This document shows, one piece after another, positions 30,748 to 39,685 of a stretch of 64,000 nt of DNA. The notes beneath the pieces were generated by a model, which searched no databases, had not been told where the DNA came from, and saw nothing but the letters and a program-made list of their open reading frames with translations. Position 1 is the stretch's first letter. Every line of letters starts with the position of its first letter. The DNA lies in IMG/VR virus record IMGVR_UViG_3300005542_000007, positions 77,878 to 141,877 of that record. One strand, given 5' to 3'. The DNA comes from a virus. Made by a program: the position numbers and the translations under genes.

Positions 30748-32055
30748 ATGAAGAAGCTACTAGTTACAATCGCTTTGGTTATGAGTGTTGCCACTCTAGG
30801 CCGAACAGCGAACGTCACAGATACAGGTCCAGGAACAACGGGAGATGTTCTTTACTTCACAGGTCAGGCGGGAAATGATCAAGGAACTTGGAGCAACTTG
30901 CCAAGTTTGGTTCAAACTATCATCAACAACAACACTGTTGTTCCTGCCACAGTCGGTACGAGCCTTAACAGCAGTGCAGTGAGTACAGTTGGTAACGTTG
31001 ATATTACTGGTTCAGGAATCACCCAAACAGTTACAGGTTCTGGAGCAACAGGAACGTCAAGTTATAACTTCAACAACTTGTCAACTACTGAAGGACAGAC
31101 GAACGCGACCAACATCAGCAATCTGTCAAGCACTGTTGGTGGAAATACAACTCAAATCAACCAGAATACTTCGGACATCAGCAACATTCAGAACTTGTCC
31201 GATAATAGTCTGTTGACGCAGACCGTTAATAACCACACGAGCCAAATCAGCACGTTGAATTCAAATGTTGCGTCAATTAACAACATGAGTGATCCAACCA
31301 CGGTTCTCAATCAAACGGTGAATGGCAATACGGCTGGTATTTCTGCTATTAATAACATGTCTGACCCAAGCACGGTCTTGAATCAGACTGTTAATGGAAA
31401 CACGACGGCAATTGCAAATGAAACAACTCGTGCCACTGGCGCGGAAACTACCTTGTCGAATGGTTTGTCAAATGAGGCCGCTACACGAGCTTCTGCTGAT
31501 ACAACCCTTCAAAACAACATTAACAATGAAGCTACGACCCGCGCTTCTGCGGATCAGGCGTTGCAGAACCAAATCAACAACGTTAATGCTCAGGCGCAAG
31601 ACAATACAAACCGCATTGATCGTTTGGAGCAAACAAAATACCTGTTGGAGCCTACCGTTCGACTTTACGACGATAAGCATTTCCAGGTTCAGGCGTTTGA
31701 TTCTTACGATGTTCGCCACTCGATGAACTTTGCGGCTGGCTTGCGGGTTATGTTCAAGGTTGGTCCTTCCTATGAAGAGAAGCTACTTAAGAAGACCAAT
31801 CCTGAGATTGCTCGTCTGCTGTCGGCTAACGTTAATCACGATATTGTGGAACGTGATGAAATTCGCAAACAGCTTGCTGAGGATCGTGCTCTTATCGCAG
31901 AACAATCTGCATTGCTTAAGCAATTGAGTGCAAAGGGTGACAACGTGGTTCTGAATGCCTCTGCCCCATCGAAGGCTGAAGCTAAGTTTGTGAATGGTGG
32001 AGATGATGATCTTCTGAAGGCCATGGAAGACCGTAACGAGAAGTTTGGAAAGTAA
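30748..32055 (+). CDS. Exported coiled-coil-stalk protein (trimeric adhesin-like)
   Basis: Signal peptide MKKLLVTIALVMSVATLGRTA, 22-aa and 18-aa stalk repeats, C-terminal beta domain shared with the next gene. Confidence 0.65.
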   Translation: MKKLLVTIALVMSVATLGRTANVTDTGPGTTGDVLYFTGQAGNDQGTWSNLPSLVQTIINNNTVVPATVGTSLNSSAVSTVGNVDITGSGITQTVTGSGATGTSSYNFNNLSTTEGQTNATNISNLSSTVGGNTTQINQNTSDISNIQNLSDNSLLTQTVNNHTSQISTLNSNVASINNMSDPTTVLNQTVNGNTAGISAINNMSDPSTVLNQTVNGNTTAIANETTRATGAETTLSNGLSNEAATRASADTTLQNNINNEATTRASADQALQNQINNVNAQAQDNTNRIDRLEQTKYLLEPTVRLYDDKHFQVQAFDSYDVRHSMNFAAGLRVMFKVGPSYEEKLLKKTNPEIARLLSANVNHDIVERDEIRKQLAEDRALIAEQSALLKQLSAKGDNVVLNASAPSKAEAKFVNGGDDDLLKAMEDRNEKFGK

Positions 32056-32109
32056 TTAAAGCTAAACTGTAAAGCCCTGAGAAATCGGGGCTTTCAGTGT
32101 AGTTTTAAA
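32056..32109 (+). other. Long intergenic RNA hairpin with a GAAA tetraloop (terminator or processing site)
   Basis: AAAGCCCTGA-gaaa-TCGGGGCTTT, extended by ACTG/CAGT and TTAAAGCTA/TAGTTTTAA. Confidence 0.65.
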
Positions 32110-32134
32110 TAAAGACACGAAAGGATAAGAATAA

Positions 32135-32647
32135 ATGAACAAGAAAACAGTAATGGCCATTCTGTTTACAAGTTTATTTGTTGCTTCTTTGGCTTCTGCC
32201 AATTGCGGCAGCAATGGTAATGGAAACGGAAACGGTTGTGGTGGTAGTACAGGTTCTGGATCACAAGGTCCCGCAGGTCCTCAAGGACCGCAGGGAAATT
32301 CTGGAAGCAACGGAACTAATGGTGCAAATGGTTTAAACGGAGTGGCTGGAGCAAATGGAACTAACGGAATAAATGGCATTAACGGAGTTGATGCTGTAAA
32401 TCAATCTCGCCTACTTGGTGAGTTGGACCTTCGAATCTGGGATACAAAGCGCACGTCTTTCTATGCCTTTGATTCTTATGGGTTCGATGACGCTCCTGGA
32501 CACGATGTATTATTGGATGGCCGTAATGCCTTTTATGGCGCTAAGTTTGTTGTTAAGCTTGGCTCCTCATATGAGGAACGAATGTTGGATAAGCAAGCGG
32601 CTCAGATTAAGGCGCTTGAAGCAGCCCTAGAAAAGTTGTCCAAGTAG
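32135..32647 (+). CDS. Exported collagen-like protein
   Basis: Signal peptide, Gly-X-Y repeats, C-terminal AFDSY...K.G.SYEE domain paralogous to the upstream gene. Confidence 0.7.
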   Translation: MNKKTVMAILFTSLFVASLASANCGSNGNGNGNGCGGSTGSGSQGPAGPQGPQGNSGSNGTNGANGLNGVAGANGTNGINGINGVDAVNQSRLLGELDLRIWDTKRTSFYAFDSYGFDDAPGHDVLLDGRNAFYGAKFVVKLGSSYEERMLDKQAAQIKALEAALEKLSK

Positions 32648-32718
32648 ACTTTCCTCCGTTCCTGGGGTGCTTCCTCCCCGATGGTGGTTAGCATCGAGCG
32701 GGAACGGGGATGAAGTCT
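32646..32718 (+). ncRNA. GC-rich structured intergenic RNA element of unknown class
   Basis: AGACTT/AAGTCT and CTCCGTTCCT/GGGAACGGGG stems enclose two small hairpins. Confidence 0.4.
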
Positions 32719-32871
32719 TAAAATAGAAAGGAATAAAATGGAAATTATAAGAGATTACGAAGAAGTATTGAGTATGGCGATGCCACATCCAATGGAATCA
32801 GTTATGGGACGATTGGTTACAAAAGGAATTGTTCCTGAAGAAGCCGCCCGAAGATTCTTGTTGGAAACGAA

Positions 32872-33135
32872 ATGAAAATCCTTCCCCTCTTGTTCTTGAG
32901 TAGTACGGTGCTTGCCTACGACCAGCCAAGGGTTGAAGATCCACATACCGTACTGTCAAAGCTCGACCACATCATTTCTTTGAAAAACACCAACGTCAGC
33001 TTGCGCGGAGTAAATGATGTGAACCTAACCCACAAGCTTGTTGGGTCTTCTCGATTGAATTTTGAAGGATACGGCAGGTACAATTTAACACGGCATGATT
33101 CTGAAAGTGGCGTACACTTCAAATTCAAATGGTAA
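32872..33135 (+). CDS. Small exported protein with an outer-membrane-type C-terminal beta signal
   Basis: Signal peptide, amphipathic strands, ends GVHFKFKW. Confidence 0.55.
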   Translation: MKILPLLFLSSTVLAYDQPRVEDPHTVLSKLDHIISLKNTNVSLRGVNDVNLTHKLVGSSRLNFEGYGRYNLTRHDSESGVHFKFKW

Positions 33136-33362
33136 AATTAGCAATACATCGAGGCAGCAAATTTGTAGCCAAAAACACCTTCTTCGAAAATGTCGATCAA
33201 GTTGTTATTTTTGAGGGAATACAAAAGACAGGATTTGCTGATTTTCCAGATTTCCCAATCTACACTCTCACAAGGAAAGTAGATAGTCACCCAGAAGGAA
33301 GTACCATCTCTCGCATGGAATTAAAGAAGTATGGGTACGTTTTGCCAGAAGAGGCTCCTTAG
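33129..33362 (+). CDS. Hypothetical protein
   Basis: Overlapping ORF. Confidence 0.5.
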   Translation: MVKLAIHRGSKFVAKNTFFENVDQVVIFEGIQKTGFADFPDFPIYTLTRKVDSHPEGSTISRMELKKYGYVLPEEAP

Positions 33363-33495
33363 AGTGGAACCCAAAATTGTTAATTTGATTTGTCCTAAGT
33401 GCCGTCTGACCTGGATGTGCAAAAATGGTAGTGATAAATTTTACTTTTGTTACGCCTGTTCGTTTATTTTATTCGATAAGCAGGTTGAAGGCGGC

Positions 33496-33524
33496 TTGAC
33501 AAACAACAAAGGGTCTGGTATAAT
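33496..33524 (+). promoter_or_regulatory. Consensus sigma70 promoter, probably for a leaderless mRNA (ATG 33532)
   Basis: TTGACA-17-TATAAT. Confidence 0.8.
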
Positions 33525-33898
33525 GAAATGTATGAGAACCAAACTATACAATTTTTTCAATAGCCCTTGGGTTGCCTTCCCATTGATGATCCTTCTTGTG
33601 GCCGCACTTTTTGTTGTAGCAATAAAATGTCAGTCCTGGCATTTCCTAAAACTTTCATGTTTGGAGAGAGCGTTATGAAACACGTTAATAAACGAGCTTT
33701 GGTTTTGGCGTTGTTAGATTTGATTGCAGTTATTCTTTTGCTTTTGGTGAGGTAACGGTATGGAAAATAACGGCCACAAATACAAGCACCATTGCAAGGC
33801 ACAAGCTGGGAATTGTCCTTGGTGTACCAAATGTGAGAATTGTGGAGAGATTTGGATTAACTGTTCGTATAAAGAATGTTTAAAAAAAGGATAATTAA

Positions 33899-34303
33899 AT
33901 GGCTTCAAAAGAATATATGCGTAATTGGTACTTAAAAAATAGGGAAAGAAATTTGGAGAAGGCCAAAATTTATCGTCAATCTTATCCAGGGGCTCAACGA
34001 ATGAGAGAAAAACGTTTACGTGGGCAGACATTTATAAATGAAGCAAAAAATAAACCTTGTATGGATTGTGGTGTTCGTTATGCTTCTTGGATAATGCAGT
34101 TTGACCACAGAGATCCAACACAAAAGAGATTTACAATTTCATCTTCTACTTCCCGTTCCTTTGTAGATTTACAAATTGAAATGGATAAATGCGATGTTGT
34201 ATGTGCTAATTGTCATGCAGAAAGAACGCATAAATTAGGTAAATTGTTTAGACCAGGAAGACCAGTCGCGGAACGGAAATATACTAAAAGGAGTCCAAAG
34301 TGA
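33899..34303 (+). CDS. HNH endonuclease
   Basis: PCMDCG...MQFDHRDP..K...CDVVCANCH..RT. Confidence 0.85.
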   Translation: MASKEYMRNWYLKNRERNLEKAKIYRQSYPGAQRMREKRLRGQTFINEAKNKPCMDCGVRYASWIMQFDHRDPTQKRFTISSSTSRSFVDLQIEMDKCDVVCANCHAERTHKLGKLFRPGRPVAERKYTKRSPK

Positions 34304-34926
34304 ATATTATCCCCACTGTGGTAGAAAAAATGACCGGAGCGGGGTCAATGGTTTCCTACGACCTCCTTTCCCGTTTGATGCAAGATAGAATTTTATTCGT
34401 AGGTGGCAATCACGGAGCCATAAGTTTGGACGATGCTAATATCCTAATTTCGCAGCTTCTTTATTTGGATTCGATTGACCCAGGTAAGAAAATTGAAATG
34501 TACATCAATTCTCCAGGTGGGGAGGTTTCAGCGGGCCTTGCTATTCTGGATACAATGAATCACATCCAAAGTCCTATCACGACAATCTGTTTAGGAATGG
34601 CAATGTCTTTTGGGGCTGTTCTATTGAGTGCTGGGGAACCGGGAAAACGTTTTGCTCTTCCAAATGCCCGTATCATGATTCACCAACCATTGATTTCTGG
34701 AGGTGGGATATCGGGTCAGGCGACTGACATTGAAATTGAAGCAAAGGAAATGACTCATTGCAAAACATCCCTTACAAAAATCCTCGCAGCCAACTGCAAT
34801 CAGAAATACGAGAAGGTTTTGAAGGATTGCGAACGCAATTTTTATATGTCAGCAGAGGAAGCAAAAGAGTATGGGTTGATTGATAACGTGATTGTTCCGC
34901 ACAGGAAATTGGATAAACACGTTTAG
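34300..34926 (+). CDS. clpP: ATP-dependent Clp protease proteolytic subunit
   Basis: SRLMQDRI, YINSPGG, AMSFGA (catalytic Ser), IMIHQP, EAKEYGLID. Confidence 0.95.
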   Translation: MNIIPTVVEKMTGAGSMVSYDLLSRLMQDRILFVGGNHGAISLDDANILISQLLYLDSIDPGKKIEMYINSPGGEVSAGLAILDTMNHIQSPITTICLGMAMSFGAVLLSAGEPGKRFALPNARIMIHQPLISGGGISGQATDIEIEAKEMTHCKTSLTKILAANCNQKYEKVLKDCERNFYMSAEEAKEYGLIDNVIVPHRKLDKHV

Positions 34927-35090
34927 AAAATGAGAAACAAGAAAAAAGCAAAACGGATAAAGAAAGCACCTAGGAAAAAGTTGGCGGTTAAACCAGCGGT
35001 AGATTGTGTCTGCCCTGAAAATGATTGGGAAACTTCTGATGAACAAAGCTTCTTTGGAAGTGGCGACTTCCTTTACGATGATCTTCTTTA

Positions 35091-35279
35091 ATGAAAACGT
35101 TGCGTAAACCAGCCATACCTTGCATTTGTGGACACAGCCGGACATCTCATAAAGGTTGGGGACATTGGAAAGTATGTATGGACCCGCTTATTGATTTTGA
35201 AGAGTGTGAATGCGATAAATATGTTCCAGACAATCTCTCTTACATAGAGAAGCTTGCAAAAAAGAAAAAGCTAGTATGA
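35091..35279 (+). CDS. DNL-tail microprotein 5
   Basis: CICGH...H...C...CEC, ending DNLSYIEKLAKKKKLV. Confidence 0.78.
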   Translation: MKTLRKPAIPCICGHSRTSHKGWGHWKVCMDPLIDFEECECDKYVPDNLSYIEKLAKKKKLV

Positions 35280-36052
35280 TAAAATTAAACGGCAGAACAA
35301 TTACTCCGACCGTATTTCCCGACCACTCTTCCCAGGTGTGGAAGGTGCCGGAAGAGTGTTTCCATGTACCAGGGAATGTCATTACTTGGGAATTTGAGAA
35401 CGAGGCTGAATTTTTACACGTCGCACAACTCAAGGACCTTATCCACAGCGTGGTGGGATATGGGGAAGTGATTTTGGACCTTCCCTACCTTCCTTACGCA
35501 AGACAGGATAAAGAAGTTTCAAATAAATCGACCTTTGCACTGCATACGTTTGCAAGGTTGTTAAATTCATTGGAATTTACGAAGGTTGTGGTTTTTGACG
35601 CACACAACTACTCTTTGTCGTATGAGTTGATTAATTGTCTCGACATTGTTATCCCGGACATCGAACCTCTTGCCAAAGAATTAAATGCTACGGTTGTATA
35701 CCCAGATTCTGGTGCCGGGACACGCTACCAAGATTCTTCAGTTGGGGACGTTATCATTTGTGAGAAAGAAAGAGATCCCTTGACAGGTGAAATCAAAGGT
35801 CTTTTAATCAACGATAACATTGAAGCCGGAACTTATTTGATTGCGGATGACATTTGCGACGGTGGCAGGACGTTCATTGAAGTGGCTAAGAAGCTTTACA
35901 AATTCGGAGCTACAGAAGTGCATTTGTATGTGTCACATGGGATTTTTTCAAAAGGGCTGCAAGTATTACGAGATGCTGGAATCAAACGAATCTTTACACG
36001 AAAAGGAGAAGTACATGAGCAACGATTATTTGCCAGCGACACTACTGTGTGA
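35276..36052 (+). CDS. prs: PRPP synthetase homolog (Adps-like, NARP1)
   Basis: FPD, PYLPYARQDK, PD.GA, DDICDGGRTF, YVSHGIFS. Confidence 0.88.
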   Translation: MIKLNGRTITPTVFPDHSSQVWKVPEECFHVPGNVITWEFENEAEFLHVAQLKDLIHSVVGYGEVILDLPYLPYARQDKEVSNKSTFALHTFARLLNSLEFTKVVVFDAHNYSLSYELINCLDIVIPDIEPLAKELNATVVYPDSGAGTRYQDSSVGDVIICEKERDPLTGEIKGLLINDNIEAGTYLIADDICDGGRTFIEVAKKLYKFGATEVHLYVSHGIFSKGLQVLRDAGIKRIFTRKGEVHEQRLFASDTTV

Positions 36053-37526
36053 TTTCTACAAGGTCAGCCACCGCGCCCAGTATCCAAAAGGGACGGAAGT
36101 GGTGTATTCAACGTGGACGCCAAGAACATCTCGTTTACTCGACGTTCAGGAAGTGGTTCACTTTGGTGCCCAGGCATTCATCAAAGAATTCCTGATTGAA
36201 TTCTTCAACAAGAATTTCTTTGAGCGAGAGCAGGAAGATGTTGTGAACGAATACAAACGAGTGATTCAGTATGCTTTGGGTGATTCTGCTCCCGCCTTTG
36301 AGCACATTATTGAATTGCACAATTTGGGTTACTTACCGCTTAAAATTAAATCGTTGCCAGAAGGCTCCGTGGTTCCTCTTAGGGTTCCTACATTAACAGT
36401 TCAAAATACCCATCCTAAGTTTTTCTGGCTCACCAACTATATTGAAACTCTCCTTTCTGCCGAGATGTGGCAAGCTTCCACTTCCGCCACAATTGCCAGA
36501 GAGTATCGAAGAGTGTTTGAAAAGTACGCTTTGGAAACGGCTGGCGGTATTGATTTCGTTCAGTTTCAAGGCCACGACTTCTCTATGCGTGGTATGGGAA
36601 CAGTAGCATCTGCCATAAAGAGCGGCATGGGACATCTGCTTTCTTTTGCAGGAACGGATACAATTCCAGCAATTCTGGGCTTGGAGCATTACTACAACGC
36701 CAACATTGAAAAGGAATTGGTTGGTACTTCAATCCCTGCTACAGAGCATTCTGTGATGTGTGCTAATGGTCGTGATGAATTCGCCGCTTATAAACGAATT
36801 ATTACAGAGGTATACCCCAAGGGATTTGTATCTATTGTGTCGGATACTTGGGATTTGTGGGAAGTGTTGGATAAAGTAGTTCGTCCTTTGAAGGACACAA
36901 TCCTTGCTCGTGAAGGCAAAGTAGTTATTCGTCCAGATAGCGGAGACCCAGTTAAGATTGTTACGGGCGACCCAGAAGGAAAGACAGAGGCAGCACGTAA
37001 AGGCGTAATTGAAATCCTGTGGGATATTTTTGGCGGCACGTATAACATTGTATGGGACGGTGAGAAAAATGTTGGATACAGGCAACTCGACCCACACATT
37101 GGTTGTATTTATGGGGATGCTATTACTCGAACTCGTGCTCAGGATATTTGTGAAAGGCTAAAGGCAAAAGGCTTTGCCTCGACCAATATGGTATACGGCA
37201 TTGGCTCTTATACATACCAGTATAATACTCGTGATACTTTTGGGTATGCTATGAAGAGTACCCTTTGTGTTATTAACGGGCAAGAAGTTCAAATCTTCAA
37301 AGATCCTGTTACAGATAACGGAGTAAAAAAGTCACAGAAAGGTGGAGTAAGAGTATTCGAACATAATGGAGAATTAGTATATTTGGATCAATTTTCCTTG
37401 GCCGAATCTAATGAAAACACACTGCTAAGGGATGTATTCGTCGATGGTAAACTATTGGTGGATGAGAAGTTTTCAGATATCAAGGCAAGAGTTCTTCAAT
37501 CGTTGGAACAAAAAGCTTCTGTATGA
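36015..37526 (+). CDS. nadV: Nicotinamide phosphoribosyltransferase homolog (Namat-like, NARP1)
   Basis: DFYKVSH..QYP, HDFSMRG, PATEHSVM, VSDTWD, IRPDSGDP, GIGS, KDPVTD..KKS. Confidence 0.92.
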   Translation: MSNDYLPATLLCDFYKVSHRAQYPKGTEVVYSTWTPRTSRLLDVQEVVHFGAQAFIKEFLIEFFNKNFFEREQEDVVNEYKRVIQYALGDSAPAFEHIIELHNLGYLPLKIKSLPEGSVVPLRVPTLTVQNTHPKFFWLTNYIETLLSAEMWQASTSATIAREYRRVFEKYALETAGGIDFVQFQGHDFSMRGMGTVASAIKSGMGHLLSFAGTDTIPAILGLEHYYNANIEKELVGTSIPATEHSVMCANGRDEFAAYKRIITEVYPKGFVSIVSDTWDLWEVLDKVVRPLKDTILAREGKVVIRPDSGDPVKIVTGDPEGKTEAARKGVIEILWDIFGGTYNIVWDGEKNVGYRQLDPHIGCIYGDAITRTRAQDICERLKAKGFASTNMVYGIGSYTYQYNTRDTFGYAMKSTLCVINGQEVQIFKDPVTDNGVKKSQKGGVRVFEHNGELVYLDQFSLAESNENTLLRDVFVDGKLLVDEKFSDIKARVLQSLEQKASV

Positions 37527-37715
37527 AAGGGCGAAAAACTTGAGTAATTGTGGTTCTTGTGGAATTGAAGTTCCTGAAGGGCAGCGCCATTGTTCAATGT
37601 GTTACGGCGATCCCTACTATGGGAGTGATGGATATTATTTGGCGTGGTTAGAAGACGCATATCGACAGGAACAAGAGAAGCCGCAATATGAAGAAGGGCC
37701 ACAGCAGGAGCCCCA

Positions 37716-37913
37716 ATGAACAAGCGTGTTGCTTACCTCTACATTCTCACAGTATTCTTTGTTGTGGGATTTTATCTGTTTGGTAAGGGTGAAGTATTTG
37801 GAATAGAAAGATACAAACACAGCAAAAATATGTATGGAGCCCTCAAAGCAGCTTATCGAATGGGATACGAAGATGCTAAAGCAGGGCGTTCTATGGACTG
37901 GGATGGGGAATAA
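37716..37913 (+). CDS. Small membrane protein
   Basis: N-terminal TM helix, coupled ORF. Confidence 0.5.
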   Translation: MNKRVAYLYILTVFFVVGFYLFGKGEVFGIERYKHSKNMYGALKAAYRMGYEDAKAGRSMDWDGE

Positions 37914-38836
37914 TGAAAGACCTTATTATGTCGGATGACATTCCTCCCAAACCCATAGGAATTACGAATGGGACTATTACGCTAATGGAAGATGCTTCAG
38001 GACTTGCTAGTAAATTGGTTGTTCAATATCATTACAGCCATAAAACTACTCCCAATCATTTTTTAAGTTTTCTCGTTAATAAGGACCAGGGCGCTTTACA
38101 GTTGGGGTATGGTATTCGTCCTGCTATGAAGCATACCATTTCCAAAGATATTGTAAAGGGTAACTATTGCGAGTTTGATAGGATGTGGTTAAGTGATGTG
38201 ATGCCAAAGAATAGTGAAAGCCAAGTTATCGCCTTGTTGTTGAGTTACTTAAAACAAGTACACCCGAGAATTAAATTCGTTATTACTTATGCGGATGAAA
38301 GTGTGGGTAATAAAGGTACAATTTATCAAGCTACCAATGCTATAGAACTTCCCAGTGTTCCAACGGATTTTTACTTGCTTCCTTCTGGTGAACGTATTCA
38401 TCCTGTAACAATGTGGCATAGGCACAAAACCAGAGCAAAAGCTTTTGTAGAGAAACAGTATCCCGGTATTAAACACATTAAAGGAACGTATAAACAACGA
38501 CGTTATTTATACATTCTTAATAACGGTTTGCGGAGAAAGTTTCAAGAGCGAAACGATGTGCTTCCAGCACATAAGGCGAAGTGCGATTCTTCGGCTCCGC
38601 TCCAATTTAAGCAAACTAAAAGTGACGTTATTTTTAAAGAGGTGTTTGATATGAAAAAATTCAATGAAGAATACCCAAAAGTGGTAGAAGGACTGCGGTT
38701 ATTTTTAGGCGAAATTTACCTTGCCTTGGAAGAGGGCAAAACCATTTCTAAGGATAATTTTGCCGAGGGTTGCAAAATGCATTTAGGAAACTTAAAACAG
38801 TTTATTAGCGACAATGAAACCCAACGCCCTAACTAA
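37913..38836 (+). CDS. Mom-family (GNAT-like) DNA adenine-modification enzyme; frame reads through an embedded tRNA and a probable second cistron starting at 38651
   Basis: VQYHYSHK, EFDRMWL.D..PKNSES, ITYADESVG.KGTIYQATN, RRYLYIL motifs. Confidence 0.82.
   Translation: MKDLIMSDDIPPKPIGITNGTITLMEDASGLASKLVVQYHYSHKTTPNHFLSFLVNKDQGALQLGYGIRPAMKHTISKDIVKGNYCEFDRMWLSDVMPKNSESQVIALLLSYLKQVHPRIKFVITYADESVGNKGTIYQATNAIELPSVPTDFYLLPSGERIHPVTMWHRHKTRAKAFVEKQYPGIKHIKGTYKQRRYLYILNNGLRRKFQERNDVLPAHKAKCDSSAPLQFKQTKSDVIFKEVFDMKKFNEEYPKVVEGLRLFLGEIYLALEEGKTISKDNFAEGCKMHLGNLKQFISDNETQRPN
38530..38604 (+). tRNA. Non-canonical tRNA-Gly(TCC) embedded in the Mom-like ORF
   Basis: Acceptor GCGGAGA/GCTCCGC plus T73 plus CCA. 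D stem GTTT/AAAC. Anticodon arm ATGTG-CTTCCAG-CACAT. T arm CGAAG-TGCGATT-CTTCG. Confidence 0.82.
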
Positions 38837-38987
38837 TTGCCAGAGTAAGAAAGCTTTCAAAACTCGCCAGGAAGCTGAGAGTGTAGCTTTGTCCCTTTGG
38901 TTTGACCACGAAGTTTACGTGGATGTTTATAGCTGTCCAATCTGTGAAAATTACCATTTCACTTCTGGAGATAAAAATGACAGATAA
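38814..38987 (+). CDS. Small zinc-binding phage protein
   Basis: C..KKAF.T..EA...Y.CPIC..YHFT pattern. Confidence 0.6.
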   Translation: MKPNALTNCQSKKAFKTRQEAESVALSLWFDHEVYVDVYSCPICENYHFTSGDKNDR

Positions 38988-39134
38988 CTGTGTTCATCGA
39001 ATCCTTGTCCACAAATACGATGTAGACGAGGCAATGCCGCGCATGATAGTTTACGTTTGTATGGATCGTACCTGCAACAAAGAATTTACAATTGTGATTG
39101 AAGACGAAACATATTTTGATGTGCAGGATCAAGT

Positions 39135-39488
39135 ATGACAGATAAAGAACTTGAGCAGTTGAATGTCAAGATAGCTCGAAAGCTTGGTTGGAGAAAGTTT
39201 CGTTTAGAACGAACCCCAGAACCTATGAAAACCCAACGTATGACTGGAATCTCTTCAGGAAACTTTAGGCACCAATTTGTTCCGGCGTATACAAACAATC
39301 TTTCTTACGCTCTTCAAATTGTTGATTGGGCGAATCGGCATGGGTATGATTTTACATTGGGGAAATGTGCGGCTGGCGGTGCTGTATATATCGCGCATTT
39401 CAATAAACAATTCATTCCAAAAAGATATACAGGAAGAGGCACCCTTCCATCAATGGCAATTTGCATGGCATTTTTAAATATTAAGTGA
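39135..39488 (+). CDS. Phage ABA-sandwich-like domain protein
   Basis: LN..IA..LGW...P.YT..L..A..IV...P.MAIC.A.L pattern. Confidence 0.55.
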   Translation: MTDKELEQLNVKIARKLGWRKFRLERTPEPMKTQRMTGISSGNFRHQFVPAYTNNLSYALQIVDWANRHGYDFTLGKCAAGGAVYIAHFNKQFIPKRYTGRGTLPSMAICMAFLNIK

Positions 39489-39685
39489 GATATTTTTTAG
39501 CTAGTTTGTTCCTCCTATCAGGCTGTTCTATGTCCAATTTTTATGTATACGGCAACAAGCCGTATTGTTTGGTCCATTATAAAAGTAAATTTGTTGAGTG
39601 TTCCTTTGACAGTATGAATGAATGCCGGAATAGATATCGAGACCGCGAAGCAACTCTTTGTTATCCATTGAAAAATATTAAATAG
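39485..39685 (+). CDS. Small lipoprotein
   Basis: Lipobox LSGC after a hydrophobic leader. Confidence 0.55.
   Translation: MRYFLASLFLLSGCSMSNFYVYGNKPYCLVHYKSKFVECSFDSMNECRNRYRDREATLCYPLKNIK

Noticed and set aside
31260-31580. Tandem 66-bp and 54-bp repeats
   Set aside because: They are in-frame coding repeats of the adhesin-like stalk, not a non-coding array.
32646-32718. Hammerhead ribozyme or tRNA interpretation of the structured element
   Set aside because: It lacks the CUGAnGA/GAAA core and cloverleaf/CCA features.
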